DNA of 64,000 nucleotides, from the NCBI GenBank assembly GCA_040954595.2, contig CM082598.2, positions 1,984,001 to 2,048,000 of the forward strand, given 5' to 3'. Below the pieces are notes generated by a model. That model was not told where the DNA came from. It did no database searches and saw only the letters and a program-made list of their open reading frames with translations. Shown piece by piece: positions 52,245-64,000 of this stretch. This DNA comes from Balanoglossus misakiensis (lineage: Eukaryota > Animalia > Hemichordata). Positions within the stretch are counted from its first letter, which is position 1. Every line of letters begins with the position of its first letter. The translations under genes and the position numbers were made by a program.

Positions 52245-55200
52245 ATGACTGCTACCTTACCAGCCTTGGGAGATTTTGATCAGTTCTCTAGGACGTCCAG
52301 TATCCGATCACTTGATCTCTTGCCTCCAAGTGGTCTGTCGATCGTCAGACTTCATATAGCCACTAGCAAGACCGACACACCAGATACAAGTCAACCTGTG
52401 GAGGATTTGGTGAATTCCATCAAAACAGACGATGTGGATTTCAATGAGTAAGTGGCTGAATTTGTATTTATTACAAAAGTTGTGATTCGGGATGATTTTC
52501 CGAAATAGATGGATACTGTAAAATGGGTTATTTTCGCGAGCAATAAAATGATCACGAAATACCCGAGAACCAAAAAAACGTGAAAAAAAAAAGTCACGTA
52601 AAATGTCTTCAGGAGATAACGATGCAGTAAATGAAAGAAGAGAACGCGAAAAATTAAAAAAAAAGGTTTTTGCAATTGTATAGAGTTATTTATGATGGAG
52701 GCACATACAGGCCGGCCTGGTGATGATGCAGAAAAATACCATGATACCTGGAGAATGTTAAAACCTAACAGAGCAAACTTTGGATAACAGAATTTGGAAT
52801 CCTGTTCTATTATTGGGTTGAAAAAAATACAATAGAGAATGATTTCTTCTGATTTCAGTGCAAATATTGGCATGCAGGTAATGTCAAGTTGCTGAGTGCT
52901 ATGATCCGATTGTTCTGTCTCTTAGTGTTAAAACTATGCCGTAATTCATGTGATTAAGTGTGTGTTGATAAAATCATTGTGTAGTGTGCTGTCAGGGCCC
53001 TCAAGCTGTGGTTTCGTGGTGTTCTAAGAATTTGATCGAATGGGACGGTATTTCGCGATTTTCAAAATGGTGTCACAGGAGGGTGCGAGAACGCAAGGCA
53101 GGATAGTGTCGCGGCGACGAGAAAAGGTGATCAAGTACGGGTAGGTTTGGCATTTGGGACGAAAAGATGTCGTTTTTAGGGTGCTTGTATCGTGGAGCCA
53201 GTATATAGTGTTGCGTTTGCTGAGTGGTTGACCAAATGACCTCTAGTCACAAAATTCAAAAGAACAGCATGTAAAATGTTTACTGACTCCCACATGCGAC
53301 ATGTATTGTTCGAAGTATAAGCTGAAGGAATAACCTTGAGTTTTAGCACTCATAGCCAATTCTTTGACTCAATATCTGGAGGTGTGAACCCGTTTCAGAC
53401 ATCAAACCGTTGAACGCACATTGTCGTACTAGTCGCTTATAAAGCAACCACTGAGTTGAACACAGTTGATTTAGTAGCCAGGATCGCATTAATAACATTT
53501 TGATGTGTCACTGTTAATTGTACAGTTTTTTTATTTGATATGTAGTAAAAAAATCTATTTTACCTCTTGAAATAGCGCGAGATAATTGAAAAGTTTTGAG
53601 GTGATTACGGCCATGATGGCTAGGACACACAATGACTGATGGCTTTGAAGCCTCTTTGTGCAAATATGTCAGAGATAGAGATGTTTGAAGGGGACAGGCC
53701 ATGATTTGGCTTCTGGTCAAAACAATCGATTTAAATGTCCAGCGTGGGGATACCCTAGCAACAAATCATGTAAACAAAGCGGTTGCCATGTGGTGATCTT
53801 ATCAGATATTGTGATTTACAGGCCAACTTCTTTGTAGCAGGCAGCTAGGATTTGTCGTGAATGTACACTTTGAGATTTCATAAATTTCAGTTCTGAGTTC
53901 AAGTTTTTCTGAAAATGCCCGCAAAGTAAATGTAAAAGTAAGGATATTTTATGAGATATTTTTTGGTCAAGTTAGTAAAACAGGGTACGTTGTATGTGTT
54001 TATAGTAGGTGATGAAAACTCCACTATATAGTGACATGTTCATACATGCTTTTAAGGGCAAAGGACATTGAAATACAGTCTGTGCTGACAACTTCATAAA
54101 AAAAACAGTTACCAAACATAGGATGAATTAATTACACAAAGGGTTGTAATCTCCGAGGAGTTGACAGTTTTGGTGCTGAGAATGTGCCGTTTGTTTTGGC
54201 TTTTGTGTTGGAAGACCTCACTGGGGTCACGCGTGGATATATACGCGTATTGTGCGATCAGTTTACCGACAATAGGCCGTAGGTTTGGATGATTTGCGAG
54301 GTGCGATTGCTACATGCACAGGTAATTAATTCCGCTTGACCTGCTCCGACCTCTGCATAACGGTCCGTCCAAGGACGCAATCTGTATTATTGGCATTTTT
54401 TTTTTGCTGTGTATGTCAGACACTCAAGATTTCATGACTGCATGGGGCTTGCCACGACAGTCAATTTTAGGCCTGTACTCCGCTTATATAATCAAACTTA
54501 GATTGATGCACAGACATTTTAGCATTATAAGTCAAACTATAATCGTGCATGTCTGTCTAAAGTGTTTGAACACTGTACATATTGTGATGAGACAGCTCAA
54601 TATTAAAGGTTTTTAGGATCAATTGTATTGGCTGTGAAAACCCCCCAAAATACAACAGAAACACTGATATCTTGTGTGATAAGATGAGCAATATGATAAA
54701 TCCTTTCCGGGTCATAATATTTTCACTACGTTAAAATTTGTGGCTTGGAACTTTTTCAAGTTGAACTAGGCAATTATGATTTTACGAACTTGTCCATCAA
54801 CTCTACGTTGGAATTGATGTGCTGTAATTCGTAGACTTAACAAGAAGTTGTAAATATTAACAGAAGAGTTACCTTTGGTCTAGCCTGCTAGACAAGGAAA
54901 TTTCCCATATTGCATCAGTACAATGAATCCATATGAAGTCAGTGCAGTGCATTGTGGGCAAGTAGGGTGTCTAGATTCTTGGGTTTTCAGCCCTCGTTGG
55001 ATCATTAAAGTTGTCTCGTCTGTCATAAGAAAATCGAAAACATGAGTTGTAAAACAGAGAATGGTGTTCTGAATTTTTATGTATCTGCAGTAATTGTTTA
55101 TGACATTGTAACACAATGAATGCGAGATAGCTCTTGAATTTAATTCTGAATCGGCTTAGCTCAATCTAGTGTTCTGCGTAACTCTATCCACAGCAGGGGT

Positions 55201-58200
55201 TCTCAACGCAGCAGTGGAAAGGTCAAGACTTTTTTGTTGCCTAAATCTGTCCTCGGGAAAGGGATACACTTCTGGTGTGAATTAACCACATGATCTTGTA
55301 AATGATGACCACAAATTTCTGTTTGCTGTTTTGGCATTTCCACCCCAGGCTGAGTTCGAGATCCAGGATGTAAGTTTCGTCTTAGAATCATTTTTCTTCC
55401 CATCAGTATAAACTTGGTCGGAGATCGACATATGTGCTGGGTCTAAAATGGATTGGCTGTTTCATTTTGTAGATATTGTCATACCGGTATTTCTTGTCCA
55501 GTTTTTGTACAAATCTCAGTGTTTTTCACCAGACATTTGCCCATAATACCATCATCTTCAATGCAAGGCATGTCGTGGGGATTTTTTTTATCAAGGTCAA
55601 AATCTGGTAGTGTAATAGAAGTACTATTTTGACTTTATCCTGTGTTATGCATCAGCAGATGCAGAATTTTCTGCCTCGCGATCATCGTCTGTGATCGTGC
55701 AGTTCATGTTAGATACTGCCCTCTTGTGGTTAATCGTTACTACTAAGGATCATTTTACTGATCTCCAATGTAAATCTTCATATACACCACTTGGCTATTA
55801 TATGCACATTTCTATATGGTCATGTTCTCTAAAACATACTTGCAAGTTCACATTCAATGTGTGTTTTTTCACAAGCAGTGTACAATAGAGCTAAAAATAC
55901 TGTAAAGATACAGATTTATCTTTTGTAAAGGAAGAGTGTAGGGCACTTTGAGATGTTCCAATGTGATAGACTATGGCCTGCTCACTGAACTGGAACTTGA
56001 GAAACTACAATGCCATAGGGAATCCGAAACAAAGTAGTTGATTTCTCTAGAACTTTATCAATCAATTCATGTCTGTTCCAAAGAGCTCTGTTGTGATTCA
56101 GGCGTGTCTTGCAATGACATATTGAGACATCTTGGGGCTTCATTGAAACGAACCCCGGACTAAAAAAACATTATTGAACTTCACTGTTGGTGTTGCCAAG
56201 ACAACCAAAGTGTAGAGCACTAACAATCAGACAGCTGAAAACAACCTCTGGGAAACACTTTCTCCATGTTTCGAATTTCCACCAACAATCTACATCCACG
56301 TGGCCGAGATACGAAACAGCTGCAGGTATATTTCACGCATATCGGCGCTTATCCACAAAATTATGGCCTGTTTTGGGTTCACCTGCATCAACCTGCGCGC
56401 TGTTTCTTCTCAGTTGTCATGGAAATTTGCAAATCAATGTACATGTGTGTCAGTGTTATCTGTAACGTTTGACACTCTGTTAACCTGAAATTCCATGGAA
56501 TGAAAAACAAAATCCATGGTATGCTGAGCAGAAGTTTCACGTTTTGAACTGGAATTCCTGGAGTAAAAGACCATGCAATTCCTTTGTCTGAAAATTTAAC
56601 TTCTGGTAAAAGTCAATTTGTGCCCGGTTAGGTTTAATAGTTCAACTTTTACTGTCAGATTATACTCGAAGCTTCACTGTGTATTAAAGGTAGGTGGGAC
56701 AGTTTGGCGGGGTTTTTAACCCCTTCACGACCATGGTTTAGTCCATATCTATTGTTTTCAATAGTACTACTGGACCTAAAATACAGAGAAACGAGTGAAA
56801 GTCAATTTGCACACGGTCTTAGGTTAATAGTCCACTGTTTACTGCAAGATTGACTATACTGGAAAGCTTGGTGTGAGGTACAGGGTTTTTAACCCTTTCA
56901 CCACCATGGTTTAGTCCATATTTTCAGTAGCAATGCTGGGCCTATACATAGAAACGAGTGAAGGGATTAATGTACAGCTTATGTATCATTTACGTTCACT
57001 AAGTGAAATGTTTAAGCTGTTAATCCGGTGCAAGTGATCCACTGCAATTAATGCAGTGGTGATGACGCAATGGTTTTCATCCTCGCTGTCTTCACAGAGT
57101 GTTAATGTTGTTCTGTGCGTTTTCCAGCCATGAATAGATGCAATTCAAGACTGTCATACAGTTATAACAATAGAAACTGAATCACAGGCCTTCCTTACAA
57201 ATCACCATTGCACGTGTAATGAAGAGATCCAGACATTGCATGTACGCAGTACTTCTATCATGAAATACAAAGAATTTAAGATGAATTTGACTTTAAAAAA
57301 CCCAAGTTTGGTGTTTGGCTGAGTGGATATTAACATGTCCTCCAAAATTTTTGAAACTTCTGACAACATTTTTGTCAGACTAGAAAAAGTTCCAAAAAGG
57401 GAAAGTGGACCAAAGCACAGACTGTTCAAACATTGCGATTGGTAGATGAATAAACCTGAGTCACCATTTCAATGTATCACAATGCTAATTGGATCCGTAC
57501 ATTCATTAAATGGTGCACATACATTTAGTGTAGGTGAAACGTTTTAGAGCATGTGTGAAATTTTAGACACATTCTGATGAACTTTGCAATGTCCATGAAA
57601 TCAAGTTCATACATGTATATAACCTTAAAGTATGCCCGGTCCTCATGTACTTGAGAGCAACTTTTTACTTGTTATGTAAGGAAACTCCTGTCTGAATTTG
57701 GAAAGTTTCCATCAGATCACAGAGATTGTAGACTCGATCCCCCCTGCTTTTCAAATTGGTATGTTTTGTTTGGAGTGATCGAGTCATAACAATTGTCCGC
57801 ACACCGACCATTCTTTAGTGTATAACAACACGCTCCAAACAAGTATGTCCCAAACAGTGGCCATGAAGATCGACGTCCATTTTGGCCACCCGAAAAATTT
57901 TGACTAAATACGACATTTTTCGGCCACAAAGCTTTGTATGTTTTGCCTAAGTTGAGGATAACAATTACCATGGTGACTATATTTGGGTAAGAATGCTTTG
58001 AATTTAATTATATTTAATTCTGGAGCTAATTTTTTCTGACCTATTTCATTCAAGGAGTGTTACCTTGAGTCGACTTTGAACTCAACTTCAATGCTTCGAT
58101 CATGGATTATGGCTCAACACATCTGTCATTGAAGCTTAGGGTTTGATCGTATGTAGAAGCCATTTCAAAAGTGCGAGAACTCATGGTGTTTGAGAGAATC

Positions 58201-60366
58201 ACTTCAACCAGTAGCTTAATGTAGCACTCTGGTTATATTTCAAGTACTGGTAGCAACAGTTGCCGGGGTCCATTCTGGTCAGCCATTATTACTCAGACAT
58301 ACAAAACATACGCGATATGGGAACAAGAGTAGAGTTGAGTCGGACCATTGAGAATGAACCCCAAATCCGGTGTGAATATTCAGAAGGCCAATTTTCCCCC
58401 AACTATTGTCATCAAGCAGCATTGATGGCCGGTGTTATTCACATTTCGCTATTCGTTCGCCCATATAAATTATCTGCCTCCATTTTTGCCAAAATCATAA
58501 TGCAGCTTTAATTTATACCCAGTGTAAATTTGTTCAATTATGTCATTTTAACCACATGGGCGGGACAATGCAAATTGCTTTAATTTACACTTATATTATT
58601 CATATTAATAAATGATTACATTAACACTATCAACAGCTGGTGTTGGTTTGAACCAGCCTTACCATTGAATAAAAGATAATATAGAACAATTATAACATAA
58701 TGAAATTCCAAACAGGTCTACATTGCACATGAGTATCTTTCAACTGTTACTGATGTTAGTATGGGAAGGATTGCTTACTAGAAGAACTTGATAATTTTAC
58801 AAGCGTCCATTCAAAAATGAATAATTGCCTGTTTTAATGAAAAGTCATTGTGTTATGAAATGGTTTTCTGAAGATTTGCATGTGATTTTTAATTGTAAAT
58901 AAATTCTAGCCATCTTCCTGGGAAAATTTACTTGGTTCTGAGATGGGTTTCTCAAGAAATCAAACAGGTGATTGATTATGAGAAAATCTGAATATCACTT
59001 AACAGTGAGTATAAAACTGTAAATATTTTTTTAATTTCAAGTTGTGTTTGCTTTGAGTAGCTTTGGCTGTTTACAGATATGATCCTTTCATAGTGTTGGT
59101 GAGAGACTTTAATTGATCAGGGAATTATTGGTTGAGTTTCGACCTCTATATTTGTTCTTTCTATGATGTGGACAGCGCTTGATTGTAGTTTGGACGAGGA
59201 TGGTTCGATTGTGAAGTGGGGGAGTTGGGTTAAGTGGATGGAGGGATCATTATCAACAGGTTTGATGCATTGACTCAAAATGAAGAAAGTTTGCCAACCT
59301 CCAATTTTTTATAACCGAAAGATTTTCCACTCTGTCATCAACACAGAAACCAATTCCATCAACCACCTAATCACCCAGCTTATTTCAATTTCCGTAGCAG
59401 TATTCAACCCTTAACCATATTGAGATCACCCGGGAATCAATTTCCAGAAGTCAGGATCTGACCACCACGGTGTCATAATAGAACAATGCAGCGTAATCGT
59501 GGAAGACAATGGGGGTTGGCAGTGAGGGCTTAATGACTTAATCGCTCCAGCCAGCATCAGTCATTTTTGAAGACAAAAAATACACGCGGGCCTCAGATAA
59601 ATTATTATATTCCACCAATATGGGTGTTGCAAACGCAGCTTAATTGAAGCTGATATCATGACATGCTTCAGGGGAAACTGACAATTTTGTCATGCAGCCA
59701 TGTACACGCTCGTTAGCATCAAAAGAAATATCAAAAACATTATCAATATTTAATGCGCTGTGAGGCCAAACCCCCTCAGAATCTATTGTCACCGTGCGTT
59801 AGTCACTCTACATAACAATACTAAAATAATGACTGCATGCTCTCTGCACAATGGTTGGTCAACTGAGGTGAAAATCAATTTAATCCCCCCTCCCTTTTTG
59901 TGACAATTAATCTACACTCTTTTCCTCTAAGCTGATGACAAGAGCTCAGCATGAAGCTATTCAAAGAGACATCTGTTTTTATTATCACAACATATGTTAT
60001 TAGGAGCTAATATCAATATTTTGGGTGCAAATGCAGTAATTTTGCCATCAGTTTGAGAGCAGGCATAGCACAGTGATCAGATCTTCCTCATGGATAACAT
60101 CGCCTATTCCAGAGAAATACGGTAGAGAACTTGACATGACAGATATTCCAGCATTAATTTTCATATCAGATGTAGCAACAGATTATTAATGAATCATCTG
60201 AAAATTTACATTTTTGTTTAATTTTATATCAAAACTTGTTGCACAGTTGGATTACTGTAAGTTTTATATTTTCTTATTCTAATACGTATTTGTTTTTATT
60301 TTTTTGCAGTAATATGAGCGACACAGGGTCCTCCTTACATACCTGGTTTTCAAATTCTGTTGACAG
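52245..60366 (+). CDS. Probable first coding exons of an unidentified large-intron gene continuing beyond the window
   Basis: Exon 52245-52447 (TTACAG|ATG...GA|GTAAGT; MTATLPALGDFDQFSRTSSIRSLDLLPP...TDDVDFN) joins in phase 2 to exon 60310-60366 (long polypyrimidine tract, TTTTTGCAG|...AG|GTAAGA; DNMSDTGSSLHTWFSNSVD). No recognised domain. Confidence 0.5.
52514..52590. mobile_element. Terminal fragment of family C element
   Basis: TACTGTAAAATGGGTTATTTTCGCGAGCAATAAA is close to the reverse complement of 47155-47187. Confidence 0.65.
56608..56970. repeat. Diverged tandem duplication (about 190 + 170 bp), each unit carrying a family A MITE
   Basis: Both units read AAAGTCAATTTG...TAGGTT(T)AATAGT...TATACT..AAGCTT...GGGTTTTTAACCC.TTCAC.ACCATGGTTTAGTCCATAT...GAAACGAGTGAA. 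Confidence 0.85.
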
Positions 60367-63300
60367 GTAAGAATCTACTATTTTTTATTTTTTGGGGTCA
60401 AAATTGAGCATCTGCTGTTCGGTATGAGAGGCTAGGATTGACCTTGGACATACCGGTACAGAGAACATACTCAACTAACTTACAAGATATCTGAAATACT
60501 TGCTCAGAAAACTGTAGACAGAATTAATTTTCAACATATGTGCTTGAGTACATACCAGGGTGTAGTGTTACACTCAGCAAAACCTTCCAGAACAGCTTAA
60601 CCTTATTACCCTCCCCTACAATTTACCAGTAATGCAATAGTCTTAGTTTTCTATGGTATACTGCAGGCTATACCATTAACGTATTAGGGGTAAGTTAGGT
60701 GAGGATTAGGCTTTCGTGCATTGTGTTTGTGTGTGTGTGGCTATGCAAGAGAAACACATGCTCGGGTCTCTTAATGTTACATTAGGAACTGGAAAATAGA
60801 TCGATTGGTACCGGCGAATCGGATCAATGTCTGGGCCAGCACAGACAAAAACTCCTGTAGACCTGCTCACAAATTATTTATCGAAGTTCTAATGTTGTGT
60901 GTCGGTGAAAACAATCTGTGACAAAAGACGAGTCAAAGGGTGGCATTGATCAACTACGGCAGACATGAGTTTGCGGGGAGGGTAGGGAATTAGCCGGATG
61001 ATTAAGACTTCCTGAAACTGTGTGCTTTAACGCTTTGGAACTGCCGCTGTTCAGTGTTGTATGTGGCCCTTGTCACGTCATCGCCAACATGGGCACCAGA
61101 ACTGAGATCAAGTTCTACCTGATGCGGGCGCGGAAACCGTACTGGCGATTGAGGTACTGTGCGTTCACTTTGAGAATTGCTGTTTACAGAAAATAGATCA
61201 CTGTTCTCTGTCATGTATGTAGACGTTGTGTGATGTTACTGAACACTGCACGTAACCTCACATGACATTTGACATAACCATATGTAACCTCTGAACGTGA
61301 TGTGCCGCTACCGAAACAGCTTATGTGAGTGCGTTTTCTCAGTATTGAAATCCAGTTTGCGAGCCAGGCTATCTGTGTACACTGCATCGCAAATCATACT
61401 TTAATGAGCTTGTTTGTCGCCCATAACACTACAAGCATCTATTGTGCTCAGCACAGTGTGTAAATTAGAACACTCGTTCACTGAATTCTATTTGTTAGAG
61501 AGAGTTTCCAAAAACAAACGTATGAATTAATAGTTCCAGCAGCTGACTGTATCTTTACATGGCCTTCTGCAAGTCTTGGAAAAAGTCAGTCCAAAAACTC
61601 TGAATTGAACTTAGATTTTTTACCCAACTGAATGTGTTTCAGTGTTCGGACAATTCTTTATCTTTGCATCCAGAAATTACTTTTCTACGTTTGGACACAA
61701 ACTCTCAGTTGATGCAACAGGTGGTTCGCAGGACACTAATCTGTGTCCTTTCAAAAATACACAGTCCAACAATTAATTCACTCACCATGTAAACATGCAC
61801 ACTCTCAAATTTACAAAAAAATCCTGCTAGTCGCAAGTATCCCCACTTTTAGATACTTAAACCTTTGCAAAGTCACTTTCTTGAACTCACTTGGGTTGAT
61901 AAATCTATCTTTTGCTGTGGATGTCAAAGTACTTTGTATATCCAAATGTTGTTGAGATAGATAATGATTTCAAAAAGTTATTGACAGGCAAAGACCTGTG
62001 TAGTGTTTTACAAAATCATCAAGTGCATGATGATGTATGAATTTGTTTCTTAAACTTCGCCACATTACAAGAACCCCCAGTGTTTCAATTAACAATTAGC
62101 AACCACAGGCTACAGGGACACCCAGCCAGGAATCTTTAATTGGAAATTAATTTAACTTGCCCACTAATGGTGTCTAGGGTCTTTAGCAACCAGGGTTTGT
62201 AGCTACTGGTATTACACAATGCCTTTTAACTGTTGCTTTAATTGCCAGCTAGACAATTGTGAGGCTGGCCTACACTGGGACTGTGCCTGCAGACATCAAA
62301 TCGTTCAATTATGTACATCCAACAAGTTTAATCTTGTGTTAAGCTGCAGTAGAAATCTAAATACTGAAACACCTTAATTCAACTACTGTCATGATGCTTC
62401 TATAGCAAGACAGACCTAGGATTTTTATGTCCCTGGAAAACCGTGAAATTTGAAACCAATCAATTTCTAAATTGAAACTCCACGAAAGCTGGCAATTCTA
62501 AATGAGTTTGGGATGGTAGCTTTTCCATGTTTGGCATATCAATTTTTAATCACGCTTTTAAATGTACTTGTACATTTTTAATGTGTAACATGACTGAGTA
62601 TGGATTTTGCAGTAAGTTCATCAAAAATATAATACTGCACCTGATAATGTAATATCAATTTCTAAAGAGTTGGCCCATGATGGACACATCTATAATTAAT
62701 GACCCACCTCAAAAATTAAATCTCAAATACTGAAATGAGCTGGTTGCAATGACCACACCCCTCCAATTTAACACTAATTGGATTTAATGTAAATGAAGAT
62801 AAACTCATGTAATATAGTGTGACATGATTGTACTTGTATGTGTCATTTGCTTACAGAGAATACATGTTGATATCCATCCCTAACACATCAAATAACATTC
62901 ATGTCAGTGATGCCAAGGGTTGCAAACTTGTAAAAAATACCCTACTGTACTGTTTCGCGTTTCAACAATTTGCTGGTTCATAATATTGCGATTCATGAAA
63001 ATGTAATTGTGCTTGCATGCCCACCAGATCTGAATGATCCAGCAGCTTCACAAAAATGTAGCTACTTTCACGACTAATGCTGTCTTTGCTACCCCTTGAA
63101 TCCACTCACGATGGAAAAGTCCATGCAAAACGTATGAAGACCAAACCACGTTGATGGAAATACAGGCATGGTCGACACCAAGTGGGTTTTTAAGTGGGTA
63201 TGGTGGTTTGGCACGTACGTACGCTGCTTTCAAATACGCTTTTGTCGGAGAACAATTAGAGCGCTCCTGAGAGGCTGTGTTATTGTGTAACCCGCGTACA

Positions 63301-64000
63301 CTCTCTTTCTTCTGGGGGATTCAGCATGTTTGTTTCATTGTTTGTTTCGTTGTTATGCTAATGACCGCAACAATGGACCAATCACAATCGTGTGGTTTAA
63401 CAACGGGGGAGTAAAGACCCAGGGTCTGCCGAGTTCATTTCGAGTCGTGGCATCCGAGAGATCGCATTCATCGGCACCAGCGCGTATCTCGACGTCTTGA
63501 TTGGTCGCTTCCCCGAAGTGTGCCGCGCCGATTGACTTGCACACCCGGGTCGCAGTTCAGTGGAAAACTTCGCAAACTCATCCCTCATGCCGTCGTAAAA
63601 AACACTGGCTTTTCTTCCAACTCAGGTAACTGGGGATCTTTTACAATAATATTTTGGTGGATCCAAACAATGCAACTTTGTTTGGCTGTCTCTGTTGTCT
63701 GTACCAGGGAAAGAATCTTTTACGAGCTTTGGTCAGTGTTTTATTTGTGACATTTTTGTAGCACAAGACCTCCTTTATAAGACTTTGTAGTTTCATCAGC
63801 ACAAAAATCACAAATTGAAATAGTAGCTCCTGAAACATCTCTCTCTATTTATGTTTTGGCAACTTCATATAGAAGACACTGAAAATTTTATGAACATTCA
63901 AGAAATACTAGCTGTTTTTACTACTATTTGTGAGTTGCATATATTGATGATGATTGAAGACCAGTCACTCAAATACCGCACTTCTGTTCAACATTTATTA

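Overview
Eukaryotic, AT-rich, intron-containing genomic DNA from an invertebrate animal (inference: a marine deuterostome, hemichordate/lancelet-like). I reconstructed five genes by hand, with exon phases that close correctly. (1) An intronless ALKBH4 (+, 8593-9417). (2) A 13-coding-exon USP6NL/RN-tre TBC RabGAP (-, 25235-14368). (3) A 19-coding-exon secreted protein of about 1620 aa made of nine tandem F-type lectin (fucolectin) domains with Pro/Thr/Gly-rich linkers (+, 26959-39990). (4, 5) A head-to-head pair of paralogous secreted C-type lectins (-, 42603-40940; +, 45638-48750). There are also probable 5' ends of two unidentified genes that run off the window edges, several MITE families and microsatellites. 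The most unusual part is the lectin cluster. All nine F-type domains lack the canonical fucose-binding His. Domains 2-9 share a co-varying extra Cys pair. Every intron in that gene is phase 1. The two C-type lectins differ in sugar motif (QPD vs NPN), need micro-exons, and one uses a GC-AG intron. All splice models are manual predictions without transcript evidence.
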